Origin: Candidatus Oxydemutatoraceae bacterium
GTDB lineage: Bacteria > Pseudomonadota > Gammaproteobacteria > Poriferisulfidales > Oxydemutatoraceae
NCBI GenBank assembly: GCA_965218975.1
Contig: OZ244717.1
Coordinates: 960,001-1,024,000 of the forward strand
DNA: 64,000 nt
Direction of reading: 5' to 3'
The notes beneath the pieces were generated by a model. It saw nothing but the letters and a program-made list of their open reading frames with translations, was not told the origin of the DNA and did not search any database. Position numbers and translations under genes: made by a program. Below, piece after piece: positions 28,900 to 39,367 of the stretch (its first letter is position 1; each line of letters opens with the position of its first letter).

Positions 28900-30314
28900 C
28901 AGGGATTTTTTGTCAGCCAGCTATTGATTCGGTTTACGTCTGCCGCGGCGAGTGCACCGACAATCCTCTTTAAGCGCAGCATATTCAAAATGTAGGTATG
29001 TCTTGATTCGGCGTAGTCATATTCGGCTCTGAACAAGTCACTGAGAGCGAGTAGTACGTCAGTTGAGGTACGCGTACCGACGTCAAATCCGGCTTGGGTA
29101 GCGGCGACGGCGGTTTGGGCGGATCGAATGGCTTGCGCCAGCGCTTGGGTACGATTAATTGCGGTAACTATGTTCAAATAGGCTTCGCGTGCAGAAGTAG
29201 TTATTTCGCGTTTCATTTTTTGCAGTTCATGCACTTCTTGTTGATGCCTTCTTGTCGCTTGTTTAGTCTGGTAGTAGGTTCTTCCGCCGCTAAGCAGAGG
29301 AATACTCAACTCAAACCCGACTTGCTCGTCTTCATAATCGCGTGGTGCCGGTCCGCCCAATGTATCCTCCGTATTATGTGATGCCACCAGATTTACTATC
29401 GGCAGATGTCCCGAACGTTGCCGGCGAATTTCCTGACGTGCGATATTTACGCGGATATTCTTTGCCAGTAAATCAAGGTTTCCCATCAGCGCTTTTTCAA
29501 CCCATTGGTCTATGTCCTCAGGTATCGGAGGATAAATTGTCAGATTGTCGCCAACCTGCATGAGCTTATATACATCGACATTAACGATGGTCGTTATCGC
29601 ATACAGCGCATTGCGTAAATTGTTTACGGCGGCGATTTCGTTAGCAACGGCAATGTCGTAGGCTGCTTGTGTTTCTCTCACATCGGCGATGGGCACTAGC
29701 CCGACATTGAACCGTTCTTTTGATTGTTTGTGTTGACGGGCGTAAGCTTCTTTTTCCGAGCGTGCGAATTTTAGCGAGCTTTCCGATGAAAGCGCCTTGA
29801 AATAGGCTTCGGAAAGCCGCAGAATTAAGCCTTGTTGCGCACTTTGATATTCTAGTTGCGCCGCTTCCGTTTCCGATTCGGATTGTGAAAAAGCAATGAA
29901 CCGATCCATATTGAATAATGTCTGACTTAAATCCAGACGCAAATCGTGAGTGTTATAGTTGTCAAATTTCCCGGAACTATTTTCGTCACTTCTGCCACCG
30001 TTCACGGAAGGCATTCCTTGAAAAAAATCTCCGCGGATTCTTTGCCTGATGATTCGGTTGCGTGAAATTCTTAAGTTGATCTGAGGCAGTAGATCGGAAC
30101 GTGCGACCGAACGTCCGATCCGCACTGCGTTAAATGCTTCCTTTGCGGCTTGTAGTTGTTGATCGCTATCTAGCGCGATGTTATAAAGACTAGATAGATT
30201 ATGTGCCGGTCCGCTTTGGGCCTGCACCGAATGACATAATGCAATGCCAAAGATAAATAATGCGACGGCAAGCCGGTCCTTCACATGGGCGGTTAGACGT
30301 AAGGGGAGATTCAT
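28899..30314 (-). CDS. tolC: TolC family outer membrane channel
   Basis: Signal peptide; ARSDLLPQI, RSGHLP, GFDVGTRT..DVL motifs; conserved tolC-waaA synteny. Confidence 0.92.
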   Translation of the reverse strand: MNLPLRLTAHVKDRLAVALFIFGIALCHSVQAQSGPAHNLSSLYNIALDSDQQLQAAKEAFNAVRIGRSVARSDLLPQINLRISRNRIIRQRIRGDFFQGMPSVNGGRSDENSSGKFDNYNTHDLRLDLSQTLFNMDRFIAFSQSESETEAAQLEYQSAQQGLILRLSEAYFKALSSESSLKFARSEKEAYARQHKQSKERFNVGLVPIADVRETQAAYDIAVANEIAAVNNLRNALYAITTIVNVDVYKLMQVGDNLTIYPPIPEDIDQWVEKALMGNLDLLAKNIRVNIARQEIRRQRSGHLPIVNLVASHNTEDTLGGPAPRDYEDEQVGFELSIPLLSGGRTYYQTKQATRRHQQEVHELQKMKREITTSAREAYLNIVTAINRTQALAQAIRSAQTAVAATQAGFDVGTRTSTDVLLALSDLFRAEYDYAESRHTYILNMLRLKRIVGALAAADVNRINSWLTKNP

Positions 30315-30630
30315 TGCCGAACATTGTAGCGGATTATGTCGAGTATGACACTATACATATACATATACCGTATGGAGCCGGCACATATATACACTTTATG
30401 TCGGCGCAACATATAAGCTATTATCTTACATGGAAGGAAACATTATGACCGCAGCAAACTTTGCCATGAGCCCGGTAATGGTGTAAACGGATCATTTGAA
30501 AATAAGCACTTCGGTAAACCATGCGTTTTGAAGTGCCGGATGAGGAAATCCTCTTTGAAAACGGGAGCGGGAATATGTATTGAGAAGTTGAAATTTATAA
30601 AATCGCACTGAGTCGATTGTTTCTTTAAGT

Positions 30631-30957
30631 TTAGAGTGAAAGCGTTCCTATGGTTTTATTCCATGCATTGATTCCACCGTGCAAGTTGATTACGTTGCCA
30701 AACCCCGCTTGTTCCAGAAATGTGCCGGCGATACGGCTACGTATTCCGTGCAAGCAAATCAACACCGTTGGTCTGCTCGGGTCAAGCTCTTGATAGCGGC
30801 TCGATATTTGCGCAACGGGAATTAACGTTGATCCCGATAAATGCCCGGAATCAAATTCCCATTGCTCCCGAACATCAACTAATTGTGGGTTTTCATCACA
30901 GGTTTCTAGGTAGTGTCTCAATTCGGACGGAGAGAGTTCATTCATGTTTATAAGCAT
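30631..30957 (-). CDS. Rhodanese-like sulfurtransferase
   Basis: LVDVREQWEF, GHL.GS.LIP, active-site ICLHGIRS, NLHGGINAW. Confidence 0.9.
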   Translation of the reverse strand: MLINMNELSPSELRHYLETCDENPQLVDVREQWEFDSGHLSGSTLIPVAQISSRYQELDPSRPTVLICLHGIRSRIAGTFLEQAGFGNVINLHGGINAWNKTIGTLSL

Positions 30958-30966
30958 GTATAATAA

Positions 30967-32829
<1,863 letters not shown>

Positions 32830-33008
32830 TTCTCCTTTTTTTAATAGAGTATGATTCGGGAAAGGGAAAATATGCTGGATGGTATATTTTCTAAAAAAGA
32901 ATTTTTCTACTTTGAAGCCGGCAGATTGAGCGCAGGCATTATCTATCGATTTTTAGACCGATTCAATGTCTTACGGGTAGGAGTATTCATCGGATTTTTT
33001 TTTCCGCG

Positions 33009-34826
33009 ATGATTTTGTCCGGCTTATTTTCGACCACAGTATTTGCCCAAAAAGATGAGAGAGTCGTTGTTACCGCAACCCGCCTCCCGACTATATCCAG
33101 CCGGTTTGCCGGCGCTTGGACACTGGTGACCCGCAAGGAAATTGAGCGTTACCAATACCGCTATCTAAGCGATGCACTATCGAGTGTGCCCGGTCTCTAT
33201 ATTGCTCCTAGCGGCGGTGGCGGTGCGCAGACGTCAGTGTTTGTTCGCGGCGCCGAATCCAATCATGTCACGGTGATAGTTGATGGAGTGGAAGTTACTG
33301 ATCCCGCATTTGGGAACACCGCGTTTTTAGAACGGTTACAGTTGAACGATGTCGAACAGATTGAAATTTTGCGCGGCCCCTATAGCGCTCAGCATGGATC
33401 ATCCGCTATTGGCGGTGTCATTCATATCGTAACCCATCGTGGGCAGGGAGAAGTTGGTGCGCGGGTCAATGTCGAATATGGTTCACTAAACTCCAAGAGA
33501 ATTGTATTTAATACATCGGGAGAAAATGATCGATTTGATTTTTCTTTGGGTGTCGGCTACTTCGACACCGACGGCGAGTCATTTACCCCACGTCGCTTGA
33601 GGAACGGAGTCGGCGAGGATGATGCGTATGAGAATATTGATGTGAAGATGAATTTCGGCGTTCAACTAAACGAATTTCTGCAATTTGATTTGAGGTACGG
33701 ACGAATTGATTCCGAAAACGATTATGACGAGAACTCCACGCCGTTTGAAACGAACGCGTTGGAACAATTTCGCGATGAAGACAGAGTTCAAGCAAAACTA
33801 TCCGCACAAACGTCGCGCTGGAACGGCTATTGGCAGATTTCCCATTATCGTGGTAAGACACGTCAGAGTGACGGCAGTTCATTTTACGGCGAGAGAGAGA
33901 AGTTTGAATGGTATAATCATTTTATGCTGACCGGCGATTGGCGCCTTTCGTTGGGCGCTGAAACGGAACTGGAAAAAATCCATAATTCGGATTCACTCTC
34001 GACAATCAGTGAAACCGATCGCAATCAATCAATTTATGCCGAAACCCGTTGGACTCCGGTCTCCGGGCTATCGATAGCTGCCGGTTTACGTTATGACGAT
34101 CCCAACTATTTCGATAGCGAGAACAGTGCGCAAATCAGTGTCGCATACCAGATTCCCGATACCGGTTTGGCGCTGCGCGCAAACTATGGGACGGCGTTTA
34201 AGGTACCGACTCTGTCGGAACAATTTGGCTTTGGCGGCAATCCGATGTTGGACCCGGAGGAAAGTGATAGCTGGGAAATTGGAGTTCATCTCACAGGTTC
34301 GTCTGTCGGCAAACGTCTAAATAACGTTCGTTGGGGCGCCACCTATTTTGACAATGAAATCAAAGATTTGATTGCATACAATTCTATCGCGCAGCGGTTA
34401 GAAAATATTAATAGCGCCTCAATCGAGGGTTTGGAGTTATCATTTGCAATTGATATCGATACTGCCTCTCATTTAGCAATGGATTATACTTTGACAAGCG
34501 GTAAAGATCAGGATGGCCGACGTCTGCCGCGCCGTCCGCTAAGGCAAATGAATCTCCGTTGGCATTGGCAGCCGATCGCTGAAGTTTCGCTTGCGCTGCG
34601 GGGGCGCTATGTCGGTGAGCGTACGGATGTTCAGCGCGACACATTCGCCCGAGATAATGAAAGCGGTTACGCCGTACTCGATCTGACCGCCGCTTATCAA
34701 TTAAGCGATGATTTGCGCTTGTCCCTGCAAGTGAACAATTTATCGGACAAAGAATATGAGCCGGTAGATGGTTTTCAAGGCACAGGTACGGAAGTTTATA
34801 TTGGTTTACATAGCACGATGCGCTAA
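33009..34826 (+). CDS. TonB-dependent receptor, BtuB-like
   Basis: TonB-box-like ERVVVTATR; plug motifs SVFVRGAESNHV.VIVDGV and IEILRGP.S..GS.AIGGVI; F.G.GNP.L.PE.S and L.RRP barrel motifs; adjacent to a BtuF-like gene. Confidence 0.85.
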   Translation: MILSGLFSTTVFAQKDERVVVTATRLPTISSRFAGAWTLVTRKEIERYQYRYLSDALSSVPGLYIAPSGGGGAQTSVFVRGAESNHVTVIVDGVEVTDPAFGNTAFLERLQLNDVEQIEILRGPYSAQHGSSAIGGVIHIVTHRGQGEVGARVNVEYGSLNSKRIVFNTSGENDRFDFSLGVGYFDTDGESFTPRRLRNGVGEDDAYENIDVKMNFGVQLNEFLQFDLRYGRIDSENDYDENSTPFETNALEQFRDEDRVQAKLSAQTSRWNGYWQISHYRGKTRQSDGSSFYGEREKFEWYNHFMLTGDWRLSLGAETELEKIHNSDSLSTISETDRNQSIYAETRWTPVSGLSIAAGLRYDDPNYFDSENSAQISVAYQIPDTGLALRANYGTAFKVPTLSEQFGFGGNPMLDPEESDSWEIGVHLTGSSVGKRLNNVRWGATYFDNEIKDLIAYNSIAQRLENINSASIEGLELSFAIDIDTASHLAMDYTLTSGKDQDGRRLPRRPLRQMNLRWHWQPIAEVSLALRGRYVGERTDVQRDTFARDNESGYAVLDLTAAYQLSDDLRLSLQVNNLSDKEYEPVDGFQGTGTEVYIGLHSTMR

Positions 34827-34836
34827 ATGCATCGGT

Positions 34837-35661
34837 CTAACGGTTGTCCGCAATAATTTCACACATTTCTTTTGCCGCTTCCGCGATTCGTAGCGAGGGA
34901 CGTTGCATCAATGCGCCGGTAATAAAGACTGACGATTTCGGCAGCCATTCCACGCTCGTATTTGTAATGCTGTGAGTAATTAAAGCGGTTTGATTTAGCA
35001 GCAAAGATTCACGGTTGATTTTAACCACTTCGGCCGGCATGTCCGCATAAACATTCCTCCCGCCGCATAAATTCAGCAGCCGGCCAATCCAGTGGTTTCG
35101 ATTCACTGTCATCAACGGGTTGATCCATAATAAGTAAATCACCGGTAGCCGCCGATTGGTTTGGTATTGATCGCGCAATCGCGTGATATTATCTAGGAAT
35201 ATATCCGCGCGCCGGGCAGCAATTTCGGGGTTGCCGCTTAGACGTCCGATAGTTTTTAGGTTGCGTGCGATATCGGTAAAATTTTCCGGTGCCGAAACAT
35301 AAACCGCTTCGGCTAATGTATTGAGTTTTTTCAACACCGCTGCTTTAAGGCCCGCTTGCCAAACCAATATCACATCGGGTTGTAGTAAAGCAATTTGTTC
35401 GTAGTTAATCGTCTGGTAATCCGAAACCTGTAGTAAGGTTTTTACTCGCGGCGGATAGTCGCAATAGCGTGATACGCCGACTAATTGATCGCCGGCGCCG
35501 GCGGAGAATACTAACTCGGTTAAGTGGGGCGCCAAAGAAATAAGGCGTTGTGCGGGTTGAGTTAAGCGTATGTTTCTTCCGGTATCGTCAGTCGCTTGAA
35601 TGGTTTGCGCTTTGTTATCGCAGACTGTAAGCAATAATAATCCGAGAAAAAATATTCTCAT
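34837..35661 (-). CDS. Periplasmic cobalamin-binding protein, BtuF-like
   Basis: DDTGRNIRL.QPAQRLISLAPHLTELVFSAGAG..LVGVSRYCDYP; CGGRNVYAD; RPSLR. Confidence 0.85.
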   Translation of the reverse strand: MRIFFLGLLLLTVCDNKAQTIQATDDTGRNIRLTQPAQRLISLAPHLTELVFSAGAGDQLVGVSRYCDYPPRVKTLLQVSDYQTINYEQIALLQPDVILVWQAGLKAAVLKKLNTLAEAVYVSAPENFTDIARNLKTIGRLSGNPEIAARRADIFLDNITRLRDQYQTNRRLPVIYLLWINPLMTVNRNHWIGRLLNLCGGRNVYADMPAEVVKINRESLLLNQTALITHSITNTSVEWLPKSSVFITGALMQRPSLRIAEAAKEMCEIIADNR

Positions 35662-35678
35662 CGCAAGCTAATACCGGA

Positions 35679-35927
35679 TCACAGATATTCGCTAAGTGTC
35701 CATGCAAAAATAACCGCACAGATAAGGGTCGCTGATAAATTGATCAAAAGAGGGCTTACGATTTGCCGATAACCGCGTTCACCCGAGGTTATTTTTTGCA
35801 AGTAGAATAGCGTCATATTACCGCAAACGATTGTAGGAATGACTAATATAGCGGAGATAAACAGCAAGCCATGACGATGGATGCCGAGTGATTCAATCGA
35901 GTGGCAAGCGGCATAGACCCAATCCAT
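35679..35927 (-). CDS. Small hypothetical membrane protein (two hydrophobic segments)
   Basis: 82-aa ATG ORF, co-oriented 17 bp upstream of the btuF-like gene; no recognisable family motif. Confidence 0.5.
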   Translation of the reverse strand: MDWVYAACHSIESLGIHRHGLLFISAILVIPTIVCGNMTLFYLQKITSGERGYRQIVSPLLINLSATLICAVIFAWTLSEYL

Positions 35928-36027
35928 TATGGCTTTACGTTATGATTGTATCTGAAATTCACGTTGGTTTTTCACCGCATGTCTATATAAGTATTAATCA
36001 GCTGATTAAAAAGAAAAAGTTATCATA

Positions 36028-37989
36028 ATGGGGCAAGCGGTATTCATTCAATTGTCTAAAGTGCGTTGCTGCATTATTTTAATTTTTTTGTTTGTTTGTC
36101 AAGCGGGGAGCGGTGTATATGCTCAAGGGAATAATATTGCTGTGCAGCGCGGTTTATTTGTTCAAATTGAAAAAACGTTGCAAGCTGGCCAAACTAAGAC
36201 GTTTTCTACGTATGTGTCAAAGCTACGTGATTATCCGCTTTATCCCTATCTGCAATTTCATGAACATAAACTGCGTATTGATCATTTAAGCGAGAGCGAA
36301 GTGATGCGGTTTTTGACGGAGAATCGTAACACACCGGTCGGTGAACGTCTGCGGTATGAGTGGTTATTACGGCTGGCACGGGAAAAACGCTGGAAGTCGT
36401 ATGCTGATTTCTATATAAAACCGCTGATGATTCAGGACAAAACTCTTGCTTGTTATTATGCGACGGCATTAATGCATATCGGCGATACAGTGGCTTTGAA
36501 ACAAGTCATTCCGACTTTATGGTCGGTGAATTTTTCACAACCACCGCAGTGCGATGCAGTGTTTAATTGGGGGTTTTCTAAAATGGTAATCAATGATCAA
36601 CTCATTTGGCGGAGGTTGTTGCTTGTTTGGGGGCGTGATGCCGGTCTTACGCGATATCTCAAAGAGCGATTGAGCCGGAAAAACCGACACTGGTATCACG
36701 CTTTAGTTGAAGCAAAGCGTCACCCGGAAAAGACACTCCGCAAACTGTTAGGGCAATCGTTACAGCCTGACTATGCTTTAGACATTATCGCTTATGTGGT
36801 GAAACGTCTGGCGGCAGACAAAATACAAAACGCGGATCGTTTGTGGGCAGAATTACGCGCACAGTATCAGCGGCAGGACGCTATGTACCAAATGCAACGT
36901 GATTTGGGTGTCATGGCGGCAACTCAGCTTGCCCCCGATATTGCTTTACGTTGGTTGTCCGATATACCCGCCGCTTATCATGATTCGACATCGCGTCATT
37001 GGCAAATACGTTCGGCTTTGCGGAGTTTGGATTGGCGCGCCGTGTCGGAAGGTATCGGTTTGCTGCCTGAAAATGAGCGTGGCGAATCGCGTTGGCAATA
37101 CTGGTATGCACGAAGTTTGGATCGCATGGGTCGGCGCGAGGAGGCATTTGCAATATGGAATACGCTGGCGCAAGAAACTGGGTATTACAATTATTTAGCG
37201 GCGGACCAGCTTGGAGCGTCCTATCGGTTAGAAACTCAAGCGATTCCTTATACGGAGGAAAAATTAAAGGATTTTCTCAATACCCCGGCGGTGTCAAGAA
37301 TGCAGGAGTTGATCGCACTCGGCAGATTTGTCGATGCGCGTCGGGAATTTTTGTTTGCGTTAGAAAATTTCAGCACGAAAGATTTCTCGCGCTTGGCAAT
37401 CTTGGCGGACCGATGGCAATGGAGCGATGGGGCAATTCGCTCCGTTGCTCAAAGTAAGTTCAGAGGGGATACTTTACTGCGTTTTCCGATACCGTACTAT
37501 AAAATTGTGCAACACGAAGCAGACCGACATTCGCAAATATCAATGCCGATAATCTATGGCGTAATGCGTCGCGAGAGTGCGTTTATGGATAAAGCCAAAT
37601 CGCCGGCCGGCGCACTGGGGTTGATGCAGTTGATGCCACACACCGCGCGATTAATGATAAAAGAGCTAAAGCTCAAACGTCCCTCAACTTGGTATATTTT
37701 ACGTCCTGATGTAAATATCCGAATGGGCACCGCTTACCTTGCTAAGATGTATCGTCAACACCGACAGCATCTGCCGTTGGCGCTTGCTTCATACAATGCC
37801 GGAACCACAGCGGTAAGGCGTTGGACCCAACGTGCGCCGATCAGGGACCCGGCTATTTGGATAGAAACAATCCCCTTTAATGAAACACGCCGTTATTTGC
37901 AAGCGGTGTTGTATTACATAGTTATTTATGCCCACCGTCTTGGTAGCGAGAAACCGATTCGTCTTGAGCCTTTAATGACTTTACCTTGA
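36028..37989 (+). CDS. slt: Soluble lytic murein transglycosylase (Slt70-like)
   Basis: L.DYPLYPYL at the N-terminus; catalytic MRRESAF, SPAGALGLMQLMP.TA, ASYNAG, WIETIPFNETRRY. Confidence 0.93.
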   Translation: MGQAVFIQLSKVRCCIILIFLFVCQAGSGVYAQGNNIAVQRGLFVQIEKTLQAGQTKTFSTYVSKLRDYPLYPYLQFHEHKLRIDHLSESEVMRFLTENRNTPVGERLRYEWLLRLAREKRWKSYADFYIKPLMIQDKTLACYYATALMHIGDTVALKQVIPTLWSVNFSQPPQCDAVFNWGFSKMVINDQLIWRRLLLVWGRDAGLTRYLKERLSRKNRHWYHALVEAKRHPEKTLRKLLGQSLQPDYALDIIAYVVKRLAADKIQNADRLWAELRAQYQRQDAMYQMQRDLGVMAATQLAPDIALRWLSDIPAAYHDSTSRHWQIRSALRSLDWRAVSEGIGLLPENERGESRWQYWYARSLDRMGRREEAFAIWNTLAQETGYYNYLAADQLGASYRLETQAIPYTEEKLKDFLNTPAVSRMQELIALGRFVDARREFLFALENFSTKDFSRLAILADRWQWSDGAIRSVAQSKFRGDTLLRFPIPYYKIVQHEADRHSQISMPIIYGVMRRESAFMDKAKSPAGALGLMQLMPHTARLMIKELKLKRPSTWYILRPDVNIRMGTAYLAKMYRQHRQHLPLALASYNAGTTAVRRWTQRAPIRDPAIWIETIPFNETRRYLQAVLYYIVIYAHRLGSEKPIRLEPLMTLP

Positions 37990-37997
37990 CAAAAAAG

Positions 37998-39278
37998 CTA
38001 GCCGTCGCAGGCTTTTGTCAGCGCTTGGTTGATGTCCTCAATGATGTCGTCAATGTGCTCAATACCAACGGATAACCTGACCATGTCGTCGGAGACACCG
38101 GCCGCTTTTAATTCGTCGCTACTGAGTTGACGATGGGTGGTGGTAGCCGGATGACATGCCAACGAACGGGCGTCTCCGATATTTACCAAGCGTAGAATCA
38201 ATTCTAACGCATCGATAAATTTTGCTCCCATCTCACGCCCTCCGGCGATACCAAAACTTAAAATACCTGCTACCATGCCGTCGCGCAGATAATGCTTTGC
38301 TAGCGCGTGGTCGGGGTGGTCGGGTAATCCCGGATAATTTACCCAATTTACTTTCGGGTGCTTGTGTAAGTATTCGGCAACCGCTAATGCATTATGGCTG
38401 TGGCGTTGCATGCGTAACGGCAAAGTTTCCAAGCCTTGCAGTACAAGAAAGCTATTGGTGGGCGAGATGGCTGCGCCCATATTGCGTAATGGCACAAGGC
38501 GTGCGCGCACAATGAAAGCTGCGGCGCCAATATCTTTAGTATAAACAATGTTGCGGTACGACGGATCGGGTTGGGTTAGTGTCGGATAGCGTCCCCTGCT
38601 GTCGGCCCAGGGGAATTTACCCGAATCAACAACGATCCCTCCGATACTGTTGCCGTGTCCGCCGATGTATTTTGTCAGCGAGTGAATGACGATGTCGGCG
38701 CCGAAATCAAACGGACGGCACAGATAAGGGGTCGGCACCGTATTATCGACGATAAAAGCGACATTATGCTGACGGCATACGTCCGCCAATGCACTTAGAT
38801 CGGCTATGTTGCCGGCGGGGTTGCCGATTGATTCGCAAAACACCGCTTTTGTTTTATCGTCAATGTATTTCCCTAGTTCATTTGGGGTTAATCGGCAGAA
38901 TTTCACATTGATACCGAATTTCGGCAAAGTGTGTCCGAACAAGTTATAGGTGCCGCCGTACAATGCCGATGCCGAAATAATATTGTCACCTTGTTCGGCA
39001 ATCGTGAACACTGCATTGGTTATCGCCGCCATGCCCGAAGATAAGGCAAGCGCGCCCACACCGCCTTCGAGCAATGTGATGCGTTCTTCCAAAACCGCGG
39101 TTGTCGGATTCATAATGCGTGTGTAAATATTGCCTTGTTCTTTTAAGTCAAACAGGTCGGCGCCATGTTGACTGTCTCTGAAGGTGTAAGAGGTCGTCTG
39201 ATAGATGGGTGTAACAGCGGCACGGGTTGTCGGTTCGGCTGTATAGCCACCATGTATTGCGATTGTTTCCGGTTGCAT
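37998..39278 (-). CDS. metY: O-acetylhomoserine aminocarboxypropyltransferase (OAH/OAS sulfhydrylase)
   Basis: PIYQTTSY, GNIYTRIMNPT, PLP lysine HSLTKYIGGHG, NIGDARSLACHPATTTHRQL. Likely start ATG 39278; the ORF is open from 39314. Confidence 0.92.
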   Translation of the reverse strand: MQPETIAIHGGYTAEPTTRAAVTPIYQTTSYTFRDSQHGADLFDLKEQGNIYTRIMNPTTAVLEERITLLEGGVGALALSSGMAAITNAVFTIAEQGDNIISASALYGGTYNLFGHTLPKFGINVKFCRLTPNELGKYIDDKTKAVFCESIGNPAGNIADLSALADVCRQHNVAFIVDNTVPTPYLCRPFDFGADIVIHSLTKYIGGHGNSIGGIVVDSGKFPWADSRGRYPTLTQPDPSYRNIVYTKDIGAAAFIVRARLVPLRNMGAAISPTNSFLVLQGLETLPLRMQRHSHNALAVAEYLHKHPKVNWVNYPGLPDHPDHALAKHYLRDGMVAGILSFGIAGGREMGAKFIDALELILRLVNIGDARSLACHPATTTHRQLSSDELKAAGVSDDMVRLSVGIEHIDDIIEDINQALTKACDG

Positions 39279-39367
39279 ATTATTCTCGTCCTGATTCACT
39301 AGGGTAGTTCTCAAAATAAATTAGCTTGTTTCCATAGTACCATAAAGGTGAATGAATTCGTAGGGCT

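Noticed and set aside
28899-30314. TolC as the dedicated exporter of the giant adhesin
   Set aside because: tolC-waaA is a common housekeeping arrangement, there are no ABC/MFP genes in the window, and the adhesin has a GlyGly-CTERM rather than an RTX-type end.
30315-30630. AT-rich tolC-rhodanese spacer with short ATAC/ATAT iterations and ORF 30260..30448
   Set aside because: Low-complexity and short; no recognisable RNA, repeat family or coding signal.
32830-33008. Cobalamin riboswitch suggested by GGGAAAGGGAA
   Set aside because: Other conserved elements (GCCACTG, B12 box) are not visible.
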